NCBI GenBank assembly: GCA_004022145.1
Contig: RCNU01000013.1
DNA: 64,000 bases
Source: Paecilomyces variotii
Lineage: Eukaryota
Strand: one strand, 5' to 3'
The notes below the pieces were generated by a model, which was given only the letters and a program-made list of their open reading frames with translations, was not told the DNA's origin and did no database searches. A program made the position numbers and the translations under genes. Positions 12,752 to 24,567 of the stretch are shown piece by piece (position 1 is the first letter of the stretch; every line of letters begins with the position of its first letter).

Positions 12752-14516
12752 TCACAGATGTTGAATCCTCCGTGCCGATGAAACATCCGGCACGCCTTCC
12801 CCTTCTACTACTTTAGCCTCCACCACCTCATACACCGGAATTTCAGCAAGACGTGAGATAATGTGATGTAAGGTGGGGAGTTTGTTCCAGTCCAACTCAT
12901 CAATCTGTACCGTTCCATGTCCAGCGTTGAGAACACGCTTGATCCCAGATGGAACAGCCTTGGCGTCCTCGGAATTATCGACGAGAACAGGGTATTCAGC
13001 ATCAGAGGTACCTTTGAGCTCCTTTCCAACGGCTGGCATATATCGGTGCACTAGAATTCCGGGACCAGACGCAGATTGCACGTCAGGCGATTCTTCTTGA
13101 AATCCTGTCAAGCTCATCCTGCCCCAAACCGCTCCTCGCCAACTCATCGTGACATGATATGAATCTCTGCGCCTTTGGGCGTCTATGGCGCTGAAAAGTT
13201 TGGGGAATCCAAGTTCTTCACGCCCGGATATGATGGGGTCCGCAAGGTCCTCAAACAAAACAGGCAGATATGAGCCTTCGGTGATTTTGCCATCAGCTCC
13301 TTTATACTGGCATGGATATAAAGGCCCATGTGGTTGTAGCCTCCACCGGCTAGCCAGTCTAATCCACCTAGTGTAGTCTGAGAAACTGTAGCGTAGGCTA
13401 CACTTCCTGGTCCCGAGAAGCTGTAAGAAGCAGTGGGTAGCAGGTTCTAGTTTTGAACCGGATAGAAGCTGTGCAGAATGTCGCGCTAGTCAACATTGCC
13501 TTTCGACTGTTGCCTTGGAAGTCTTGAGGGCCAAAGACAACAGGCTGGCGATAGTAAACGCTAGTGTTTTTAGACCAATTATGCTGGCGCAGGAGTTGGG
13601 TCGAATGGTCGTGAATATCGCACACGATCCTCATGGCTACATAAGAATTAGCCAGTGTTTAGAAACAGCCACTCTCGTTCAAATAACGCATACTTTCTTC
13701 AATGGGTAGTGTCTCCCTCCCAGACCGCCGAGTATATTCTTGGATAGTTGTGGCACGCTCGTGACGGGCTTTTTCATACAACTTCAATCGTCCTGGAACC
13801 TCCTCGCGCTTCACATCACGGCCAATGAGAAGCCATCCTCAATAGCCATAGCACCACCAGATCCTCGGTATGGCAGGAAGGGATGGGCAGCATCGCCTAG
13901 AAGTGCTAGACGGTCATTAACCCAACTGGAAAGAGTCTTCATGTCAAGCAATGGCCAGATCTTCAGTGTCTCCGGGTCTGCTTTTTTCAACAATTTTTGG
14001 ACACGCGGCTCAAAATCCTTATAGACGTCGAGTAATGTGCTTTTCCCAATGCCCTAATCCCAGCCCTGGGATACGCCGATGTTTATGAGGCTATCTGGAT
14101 GGATGCAGACAAAGTTCAACATCTCGTTATTCACGCAAGGATAGATAACCACTTTACGACCAGTACTGTGCCACATGTCGACTGTTCCTAGCTCCTTCGC
14201 CAACTCAGCTGTTTCAGGATCATCCAGAGTCTCTTTCCGAGATACCATGAAGCGAAAAGCGTTCTTGCCCGAGCTGAACAGTTGGATTTCGCTCCCAGAG
14301 ACGTGGCAACGTGCCACGGAGTGAACACCATCAGCACCTAGAACTATGTCACCCTGAAATACCCCGCCATCTCCCAGCACGACAGTGGCGGTGTGAGGAT
14401 CGACCTTAGACACTTTGCTTGACGTGTGAAGCATCACAGGCCGTCCTTTGGCCTGCCGCACATGCCGTGTCCTTTAAAGCTTGGTGAAGATGAGCACGGT
14501 GAATGAGAAACCATCC
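12752..14516 (-). pseudogene. Degraded FAD-dependent monooxygenase (salicylate-hydroxylase-like) fused to an acetoacetate decarboxylase-like domain
   Basis: Motifs IHRAHLH, DIVLGADGVHS, LALLGDAAHPFLPYRGSGGAMAIEDG, and ADC-type PVLFEDLADPIISGREELGFPK. Lesions: frameshift near 14455, TAG at 14054, TGA at 13811, further indels at 13300-13650, and no GxGxxG N-terminus. Confidence 0.85.
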
Positions 14517-14786
14517 CTAGGTTATAACACTTCAGCTATCTATAGCCATTGATGTAGAAAGGTTCAAGTGGTCTCTGAAGCAGAATGCATTTATCCTCTA
14601 TTTCTAGGTGTGATGGTACTCAGCAGAGAGTAGGAATCTTTGCTTCCGTGATCTAAAGCTCATCACTAATACTGCTACATTATTAACTGTATTCTTTGTC
14701 CTCCGTTTCATGGTTCGAATTGCCGGGTATTCAGTTGGATGCTATCACAAGCATGTTCGAAATGCACGGTAATTCTTTATATTCGA

Positions 14787-17700
14787 TCAAAACCCAGCTG
14801 CTCGCTTCTTCCTCGCCTTGCCAATACTCTTTCTCGGTGCTGCCTCCCGTCCACCGAAGAGACCCCGTTCAATCTGTGTCATGGGCAGATGCTCATCTGT
14901 AACCTGGCTGCTTTGTACCGCTGGAGGCGCGTCCTGCGGTTGACTACCCCATTGCCTGACAACAGGCACTGTTGGTAGTACTGGGATAGTCGTGGGCGTA
15001 CCCTGGCTCAGACTCTGTGGTGCTCGTTTCCGGCTTCTGCGCCTGGGAGTGGTAGACTTCTCCCGTATACGGAGATCTTCGTTTTCCAGTTCTTGAACTG
15101 TTCGCTGCCAGTCATAAGTGGCTGGGTCTGATCCTACAGACCAGTGTGAGAGCATCTCAGCGACGTTTTTTGGTGGAGTTCTAGACTCTTCAAGGCTAGT
15201 TAAAGACGACAACCTGGCAAACAATGGCGTTTGGTCGGACTTCCGTGCTGGGTGAGCTGCATCGCGCATAGTTCTCTCCGACCCATACGTTCCGTAAGTA
15301 GAAGGGAGAGGCGGAGGTGAGGATCGTATGGTCGCTGGACCCTGGGACTCCGCGGAGAAGTCGGTCCGGACAGGGAATTCATTCTTTTCTGGACTGCTCA
15401 TGGTCATCGCGTCATTGTCGACTGCAGGAGTTTCGACGTTCCTAAGCAGATTGACTCCTGCCAAGGAAAGTTCTCCTGCCACTCCTCTGATTATTCTGTC
15501 CTTTGCAACTCTGGTCCGCCCAGGTATGCGGAGTGGCAGCATGGAGAGCCATTTGCGGACCAGAACGTTGTATATTTCAACCACATCCAGTGCCATAGAT
15601 GCTTCTTTCTCGCCTTCTTTGTCCCCGATCAATAGAGACGAGAGGCTGGTCGGAAGAAAGCGCGGCCTGTTAGGACCATCCGTTTCTTCGAGGATTGCCA
15701 TCTTGAGGCGCTGGAAATCTTTAGCGTTCTCGTCAATGTCATCCAGAAACGGTAGACAACGGGCAACTTCGAGTCTATGCCTGTTAGTACTATCTATATA
15801 TCGGGCCAGATCTAACTTACAATGTCTCCGCCGTGGGTGATTCACTGAATGGAGAGCTAGAGATTCGATGACGCAAATCCGCCAGGCATTCTCCAAATGC
15901 TCTTTCCGAGAGCGGGTCAACATTGGATCTCCCCACATATGCTTGCTTTCCGAATACAGCAGCGTAGACAGCAGAGTAATCCACGGTCCATTGAGGAGCT
16001 GTAGAACCCATAGCAGAAGACGAGTGCAAACCAAGAGGTTGTATTGACATGCGCAATACAGACTCATCCATATCATCGACGACAAAATCAGCGTCCGCAT
16101 GAGCACTTGCGCGACTAGGACGTGTTCCTATAGCTCGCTTTCTTAACAAGATGTCGCCCCCAGGAGATATCTCTTGCGTGTAGTCCGTGTAACCGATGTT
16201 TTCATTATCCATAGAACCCATGTAGAGCGACTCATGGAGAGCAGAACGAGAATCTAGCATGAAGAGCTTCCCTAGCCTGAGATTTGGCTCATAGAAATCC
16301 TTCTGCCCGGGAGGCGGTCCATGCTCCACTTCTCTGAAGATCATAGTTGCAATCCTTGCACAAGAATCACGATTTCCAGGTTCACTTGAAACATCCTGAG
16401 CGGGCATTCGCATTATAAAAGGGTCGGACATGAAAGAGAGCTGGCCTCCTTCCTCGGTCGACAAAGAAAGGTGAAATGCTTGTACTAGATTGTTTAAACG
16501 AGAATAGAGCATGACATACAAATCTAGCAAAGGTCAGCTGGCAAATCAAGTCCCTCATAAAAGGAGTGTCATACCATTTCCGATCTGAGTAGGAGCGAGT
16601 CGTAGAGTGATATCCTCCGTGTCTCGAAAATGACGCCATGACAGCTGGGGAGAGAGCGGAGTCCCTTCTTCTCCATCGAATAGGGCGCCACTAGAGATAA
16701 TATCGAGGCAGAAGATCCGGGACGTTGTTAGAATGAAGATTAGAGACGGCTTCGATGGACTGCGTTTCAAGTCGAGGATCCATTCAGTTTCTCGTTTCAG
16801 CCCTAAATCGATCGGACGTGCAGCACCCGAGATATGCGCAAGTTGGTAGAGAAAGATACAACGACGATCGCACACGATCAGATGATTGACATCTGCGGCC
16901 CATTGCACAGAAGCCCATCCATCATAACGTGGTTGCCCCTCACCGAAACCGTTCAATGCGCGGTCCACAGAGGGTAGGGTACCTGACTTGACACAGTCTG
17001 CAAGCCAGTTGCCCTTACTGCGTCTGTTTCTTCCGGAAATGTTCCATATACTCCAGTTTCCGCGTACATCCACGATAGCTAGTTGCTTCTGATACCAAGG
17101 ATTGAACGTCACATCAGCATGAGGATACCCCCCCGTTCGGTAACAAGGAATATCAACCAGAGGATTTGCATTAAGACGTGAATTCCGAACAGACGGCAGA
17201 GTCTCGGGATCAAAATACGACTCTCTGGCGACAGCGACAGGAACGCGATGGTACAGAGGCCTGAAGATCGTTGTTGACACTGAAAGACGAGCAGCCATCC
17301 AGGTCGCCTTGGCTTCTGTCGTTTGTGCGAAGCATATTTGACGGACGGGAGTTCCAGAGCCTACCCAGGTAGTTGATTCTGCAGTTCCAACTGATGGAAC
17401 TCGCGCTTTGTAGAGTCTCTCCTGTCGCCATTCAGCCACTTCGTCTTCAATTCTGAAAAGCGATATCGAATCTCCGCATCGGCCCGTTACAGCTACGGCA
17501 ATCGGTACTGCTCGAGTTCCAGAAGGATCATTTTCCACGTCGACTGCATTTCCTAAGGCGAAAACATTGGAGACGCCAGGGTCACATGCATCTGTAGCGG
17601 TTATAACAGTGCGAGATAACGTTTCTGCTCGGCCAAGAGAAGATATGGCAGCAAGATGCGGATGCACTTCTGACAGAGAGGCCACCTGATTTCCATCGAA

Positions 17701-17929
17701 AGAGTTGACGGGTATGGCATCGATGGACGGAGGTAATGTTTCCCTAGCTACGCCAGTATAAGAAATGCAAGGCGCTTGAGTAGATGTCAGCAATCTGCTT
17801 TCTGAACTGGGAAATAACTTGCTGACCTCTTCCTATTACGCGGGGAAACCTCCAGGACCGCGACTCTGGGACGTACTCCGCAGTCCCTAGCTGCCCATAT
17901 TGCAGAGAATCGGTATGGTGTTCATCCAT
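14787..17929 (-). CDS. RRN6: RNA polymerase I-specific transcription initiation factor RRN6-like, 4 exons
   Basis: MDEHHTDSLQYGQLGTAEY...; TGGYPHADVTFNPWYQKQLAIVDVRGNWSIWNI; LSWRHFRDTEDITLRL; HWSVGSDPATYDW; C-terminus KKRAAGF; three canonical introns link the ORFs. Confidence 0.85.
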
Positions 17930-18439
17930 CTGGCCTCTGTCTGCTGCTGAGTAAATGGCGCGTATCTTGCAAGGCAAGCATATCGATAGGAGTAGTAAAG
18001 AGCTTTATCCACGATTATATCGCAGAACGGAGTCTAAACTGGGCTGACACTCGAATCCGTCTCATTTAAATCACAGCTAGTTATAAATGGCTAGTTAGAA
18101 CGATAAAGGATGTTTAACTGGTTCAGCCAAAACCTCAAGCTCAATGCTGAACGAGTTCTGGATTCCTTTTTTATTTTTCGATCGTTAAGTAGCGCACGAT
18201 CGGAATGTCGGATTAGTTCTGGGAAGCTCATTTTAGTCTGATAAGATCATTAGTGAATTCTGTTTTCTTGGCGCCGTTGCACCGCAACCACCACACTTCG
18301 AGACGCGATCCTCGGACTTTTGACGCCAATCAACCTTGCGCAAGCGACAGGACAGTGATCTTTATCTACTATCGCGCAGATAAACCCATATCAGAACAAT
18401 CACTGTGTCTAAAGATCCTTTCGATCAGGCCTTCTCGTC

Positions 18440-19273
18440 ATGGCGACCTTCGATCCGTCCATGTCGACGAGCGGCATGCGACCGCCCCTCGCATCTGCCG
18501 ATGCGCCTTCAATGGCAGACTCCCTACCGAGCATCAACTTCGGGTTCGAGGACCTACGGAGCAGAATGGCGCAGTTTACGGTGAAATTCGATGCCTTCAT
18601 TGAAAGAGGCCGGAAGCAAGTCCTCGAGGAACGGAATCAGTTTCGCATCAATCTCGCTGAGCTTCAAGGTAAACCCCACTTAGCCTCGCGTTGCAACGAG
18701 AAAAGGCCATGAGCTGACATCCAGACAGAGGACCAGCGCATGAAACAAAGAGATATCGAGATTCTCCAGTTGAAGACCCAGACGCATAAGCAGACACTGC
18801 AAAAGGAAATCGCCGAAGCCAACGAGATGCATACCGCGATCGCCTCCATAACTGCAGAACGTGATGCGCGTCTAGCAAAGCGAGACCGTCTAAAGCAGCA
18901 GATTGCGCAGACTCAGGAGGCTATCAACCAGAGACTGGAAGCACAAAGAGCCCATGCCAATCGGCTGGACGCACAAGCGCGACTGAATGCCCCGGAATTG
19001 GAATTCTGGCAGGATTATCTGTGTTTCAGAATCGAAGGAGCTGGTCGGGAGGATAGGTTGAAGATCGTTTATACGCATTTGCTGGAAAAGGATTGGGAGA
19101 GGGAGGCGTGGTTTGAACTGGGGACAGGCGGCCGAGACTATGAAATATACCATACAAAACCGAAGCTCGAGAGGGAAGCGGTCGAACGGGAACTCGACAT
19201 TGTCAACGAAGACCGCGATTTCGGAGCATTGTTGAAGAGAATGCGGAAGCTGTTTGTGGACAGCATGAAATGA
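18440..19273 (+). CDS. SPC25: Ndc80-complex kinetochore protein Spc25, 2 exons
   Basis: LPSINFGFEDLRSRMAQFTVKFDAFIERGRKQVLEERNQF; coiled coil; NAPELEFWQDYLCFRIEGAGREDRLKIVYTH RWD-like domain; intron about 18669-18727. Confidence 0.93.
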
Positions 19274-19821
19274 TCTCGATGGGTTCGGATTAGGATGACT
19301 CCTAGGTCTCCCAACTACCTTCCGAGTGAAGAGGCACGCACTGAGATTACATTTGAGCGTGGGAAGTTGGATTGGAATTTCTTGGTGCTTCGGACTTCCT
19401 ACTTGTCGATGATGACGCTACGATCTACACTTGCTATCTGAGCTCATTTGTCGCCAGAGCAGGTTCTTTACGGAAGGAGTTGATTCTCTGTAATTGCTAG
19501 TTATTTTGATACCCAGTCAATTTATTTTGTTAAATGAATTACCTTTCTCCGAATAATCCAGACATTGACACCTTGCAATGTAATCTATCTGGAGAGGCAC
19601 GGAGTTAAAGAGGATAGAGCTATGTAAAGCTCTCAGCCAGATGGCTCAATTGTATTCCCTTGATAGGGTAAAACTACTAGCCTCTGACATAGCGCGTAAG
19701 CATCAATTGCATTACAGACATGACAATTGTCAGCATGAAGACATCAAAAGCGGTTTTTTTTTTTTTTTCATCAGTCAATAAGACTAAACAAGGAAGAGCA
19801 TTTTATCTATGGCAAAGCCAA

Positions 19822-21131
19822 CTAGCCACCAGTAGCCTCCCGGTAGAATGAAATGCTGCGGTTTGCTCCCGCGACAGCGAATCCTTCCGTCTTTCCTATC
19901 TTGGGTAACCATTTGACGCACCAGATAGCTTTCTCATTCTCGGAATGAGTGGCCACGCAGGCTCGTCTGTCGATTGACCATACTTTTATCTTTCCGTCGA
20001 AGGAACTAGTGTGAGATTATGTTAGAGCCATTCCACTCTGAAAACCAGGGAAACCAATCCAACTTACCCGCTGAGGAGGTATTCTCCCGTGTGGCTCCAA
20101 TCTAGAGACATGATCCAGGCGGAATGTCCAGTAAGATTAGCTACCTGCTCTCCGGAGGCCGTGTCATATAGCACAATGACTTTCGAGTCTCCCGCAGCAG
20201 CGAGCAGCTTTCCTCCTGGTGAAAAGGCCACTGCCCTGACTGGCTTCACTATACCTGTACCAAGGTCAATACCACGGTAAACTGCAGTGTGACTCGACGA
20301 CGAGAGGCACTTACCAGACAAGGAAAATGGCATGCGGCCAGTGTCTGTGCGGAAGATGAAGATGCTGCCGTTTTCATGGCCACTGGCCATTAGTCGGCCA
20401 TCAGCTGACTGAAGATATCATGTTAGCCTATGTAAGGAACAACGTAATCGTAGAGGTTCGTAAATATAGGTTGTTCAATACCAGATCTATGCAGGTGCCA
20501 AAGCTGCCCTTCGTGTCATGGTCACGTATCTGTTCACAGTTGCCAGGCAGGTCCCACACTTTGATGTGGCCATCCTGCGTAGTACCAGCAAAATATTGAC
20601 CATCTTGGGAGAGGGCTGGAGCCCAGATGCCAGCCGTCTTCCCGATGGTTACTGCCCGCATCGTCAGCGCATGATGAAGTGATTAATGCAGAAGGACGAC
20701 AACTGTCTATTACCTGAAAGGTTCTCTTCCTCCACCCATTTGCCCTCTTTGAATGACCAGATCTTCGTCTCGCCTCCAAATCCAACACTTGCCGCCCTGG
20801 AGCCGTCTCCGCTGGTCACCACATGATGGCAACCTACCGGATGTGCTCCATCAAGAGACTGTGCCAAAGGGAAGTCTGGCTCGGTGGTTGAGTGAACCTT
20901 GAGTGCTGAGGCACCAGAGGCAGAAATGATTTGCTTCTCTGTTACGGCCAGAGAGAAAATATCGATAGGGTGGGCTAAGGGAAAGTCTTAGCATCTGCTC
21001 ATTATCTGTGACCGGGCGTGAGGTCAATACATACCCTTGTCTGCGGAGTACCACGACAGATATTGTTTTGACTTCATAAAATCCCTTATTAGTAATGAAA
21101 GGAAACACCATGGCTATTAAGACCTTACCAT
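19822..21131 (-). CDS. SKI8: WD40 protein Ski8/Rec14, 6 coding exons (the first is ATG only)
   Basis: M/SKQYLSWYSADK/AHPIDIFSLAVTEKQIISASG...KGSFGTCIDL/SADGRLMASGHENGSI...GHSAWIMSLDWSHTGEYLLSG/SFDGKIKVWS...NRSISFYREATGG*. Confidence 0.92.
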
Positions 21132-21506
21132 GTTTGGCCTTCTAGTCTAGTCGTGGTTGGCATGAAGGAGACGCACTACTAGATTACTGTGTCTGAGAGG
21201 CGGTTGGATTCCAACGGCTCACCTGTTTGGTGAGGTCTGGGGAAAATCTTGGAAGTGGGTGAGATCATGCACCCGATCTACCATGCCGCATCCACCACCA
21301 GTGAATGTGAAGCTACTGACACTACAGAAGAAGAGAGGGAAGAATCATTTTGGATGTTGTTACATTGAATTTTTGTTAATTTGTAAGAGCATGCAAGCTT
21401 TCCTATCATAACCAGACGCCGAATGTCATGCAACCAACATGGCATATATCCATGCTACATAAAAGTACATTGCCCCATGATGGTATATATTTTACTTCTT
21501 GTAAAT

Positions 21507-21940
21507 CTATTCCTTCTGGACTTGTCGCCATTGCTGTCGGATCTCTGTTTGCACTATTAGCAACTAGCCCTTGTAGATGGACGAAGAGGATACCGACCTG
21601 AGACGCAGTTCGGGCATAGGAGATGGGCGCGCTTGATCTGACCACATCCCGAACATCTGTTCAAGTTCTTCACGTCCTTGAGAGCCTTTCCAGCCATCTG
21701 TCTGTGGCGCTTCTTCATGTGGGATGTCTTCTTCTTTGGTACCGCACGGAGGATGGATTCCCAGATACCGGAGAGTATGCCATTGACACTGGTTGATGAG
21801 GCAGCGGGGGTGAAGCTGGAATCATGATTGAACAGAAATGCCTTGACGAGAGATTGCCATCTCGACACTGATGGGGACTGAGATATGAACGGCTGCGGGC
21901 GGAAAAGCGCGAAAGCGGAGAGTGATCGTGAGGCCGCCAT
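21507..21940 (-). CDS. MRPL32: Mitochondrial ribosomal protein bL32m, 2 exons
   Basis: Presequence followed by AVPKKKTSHMKKRHRQ...CSGCGQIKRAHLLCPNC; spliced end EIRQQWRQVQKE*. Confidence 0.93.
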
Positions 21941-22380
21941 TGTTCGTAGGAAGGTAATTTTCGACGCCGAAGGAAGACCAAGGGGAATGGGCCCAGGGTG
22001 AGAGGTGGATGGCTCGGCCTGGCGGATGGTGATCGAGTTGGATGCCGCGGTGCGACTCCGGAATTTTTGAAGCTTTAGACTTGCAAGTCGCAGCATCCAA
22101 GTTCTGCTTGCCCGAACGGTTCGGGGAGCCATGCTAACCCCAAGTAGGCCTAGACCATGCCGGGCCCCCTGACCAACGCGACAACAATAAGGGGGAGCAG
22201 CCGACCTGAACTTCGGCCTGGAGTCTGGGAACTTACAGGAGATTGATCTTCTTGATTCCTTTCTTGTCCCTCTTTTCGCTTCGTGGTATCGGTTCGTGAG
22301 CTGCCCGACCGGCTGTCTGTCTTTTTTTCTTCGCTCCCTCTGACTTTCACCCCCAGGACACTGCGCGACTCGTATCCACG

Positions 22381-23716
22381 ATGGCTACCGCTACAAGCAC
22401 AACCCCCGCGCCGCAGAATGCGGTCTTCCCTCGCAGCCATGTCGGTTTCGACAGTATCACGTCGCAGATCGAGAAGAAGCTGCTCAAGCGTGGCTTCCAG
22501 TTCAATGTGATGTGTGTCGGTACGCATTCAATGGTCCAAAGTTCCACTAATCGCCAAACATGACTATTTACTGATATCGTCCTTTCGATCTTCAGGCCAG
22601 ACTGGTCTGGGCAAATCGACTCTGATCAACACCATCTTCGCTTCTCACCTGATTGACTCCAAGGGTCGTCTGACCCCCAATGAGCCCGTGCGTTCCACGA
22701 CTGAGATTCAGACCGTGTCCCACAGTACGTTCTCTGGTATATCAAGTTCGAGTTTTGGTTGCTGACGGTTATGGCAAGTCATTGAGGAAAATGGTGTGCG
22801 TCTGCGATTGAACATTGTCGACACCCCTGGTTACGGTGACCAGGTGAACAACGACAGATGGTAGAACCCCGATCCTGAGTATTTTGGGAGCCAAGTCCGC
22901 TAATGATAGTCAAGCTGGGACCCCATTGTCAAGTACATTAAGGACCAGCACTCAGCATATCTGCGAAAGGAGCTCACTGCCCAGCGTGAGCGCTACATCC
23001 AAGATACCCGAATCCACTGCTGTCTCTTCTTCATTCAGCCGTCCGGCCATGCGTAAGACCTCCCTCACCATCCCTTCATAGTTGAAATCGTGTTAACTAG
23101 CGCCTTAGTTTGAAACCCATTGACATTGTCGTCCTGAAGAAGCTCTCTGACGTTGTCAACGTCGTCCCTGTTATTGCCAAATCAGACTCTTTGACGCTCG
23201 ACGAACGCCGGGCCTTCAAGGAGAGGATCAAGGAGGAATTCGCCTTCCACAACCTGAAGATGTACCCCTACGACAATGACGAACTTGATGACGAGGAACG
23301 TGCTGTCAACGCTCAGATTAAGGTACATTACATGCGGTATGTTTCAAAATGAGTATGAACATCAGCTGACGACGCCCCAGGACATTATCCCCTTCGCTGT
23401 TGTCGGTAGCGAGAAGTCTATTATTGTCAACGGAAAACAAGTCCGCGGTCGTCAGAACCGTTGGGGTGTGATCAATGTCGAGGATGAGAACCACTGCGAG
23501 TTCGTGTATCTCCGAAACTTCCTCACCCGCACCCACCTCCAGGACCTCATCGAAACCACCAGCCAGATCCACTACGAGACTTTCCGTGCCAAGCAGCTCC
23601 TGGCTCTGAAGGAGAGCAGTGCTGCAGGTGCCCATTCCGGCGGCCGGCCCATCAGCCCCTCTGCTGAAAGGGAGCTGAGCCGTAACTCTCAGAGACAGAC
23701 CATGAATGGTTACTAA
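22381..23716 (+). CDS. CDC10: Septin Cdc10/AspD, 6 exons
   Basis: [50 protein letters not shown]; septin unique element [34 protein letters not shown]; no C-terminal coiled coil. Confidence 0.97.
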
Positions 23717-24567
23717 TTCGATCGTGAAGGGTGATGCGAGCAGCGATCATCTTTCAGTTTCATAAGGGCCGAACAGTGAAGCTGGATGGAAGAAAGGACA
23801 GAATAGGTCGAGAGACAGCCCAGCAGTGGGGCAGTCAGAAGGCTTCGTATCCGATTCTCGCCAGCAGGCGCTTACAGATATCCACTTTAATTACATGTTT
23901 CCCTGCGAGTATTTTTTTTGTTCTCTTCTTCACTGTGCTATTGGAAAACACTTCGACTTCCCCTATTCTCTACGACTTTGTTTGCAAAAGGACCACCGAA
24001 GAACCTAGCTGCGACAGCGCAAATGTTTCATTTTTATTGTTTCGCTAATTGAGAGGGCAAATGTGACTCAATCATATCCATTCACGTCTTTCCTTCCTGG
24101 TTTCTTTACTTTAGTTGGCAGCTGAGTATTAAGACTTGAAGCGAGTTGTCTTGTCTTGTCTAGAAGTCTATTAGAAGATTTGCAAGCACTGAGTAGATGA
24201 TATCCTTACGGTATTCAATAGCAGCGTAGGTTTCAGGCGAAGCTACAGGTGTGCTGCGCTCATTGCACCTCTGGAAACTAATCCTTCTACAAAGGCAGAT
24301 AAAAGTGATATAACATCCCTGAAGAATAGTCAAGTTGCTGCTGGCATAAATCCGTTATTGTACAATACGATGGGAAAGAAAACAATGTTGCCAAAAGAAA
24401 AACATGGACGATTCCATAATCATAGCGTGACAGAAAAAGCAGTTGTGTAGGTCCACTGAAGGCGTAGGATTTCTCTGAGAGTAGACAACTCAAAAAGGAA
24501 CGTCGGTCCCTTGTAGAAGCCAGAGGCCATGTACAGAGTGCACGGAGGCGGATTGAAACAAACCGGC

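Noticed and set aside
21941-22132. N-terminal extension of MRPL32 in the track
   Set aside because: ATG 21940 (ACAATGG) gives a typical mitochondrial presequence; the extension lies in the shared promoter with CDC10.
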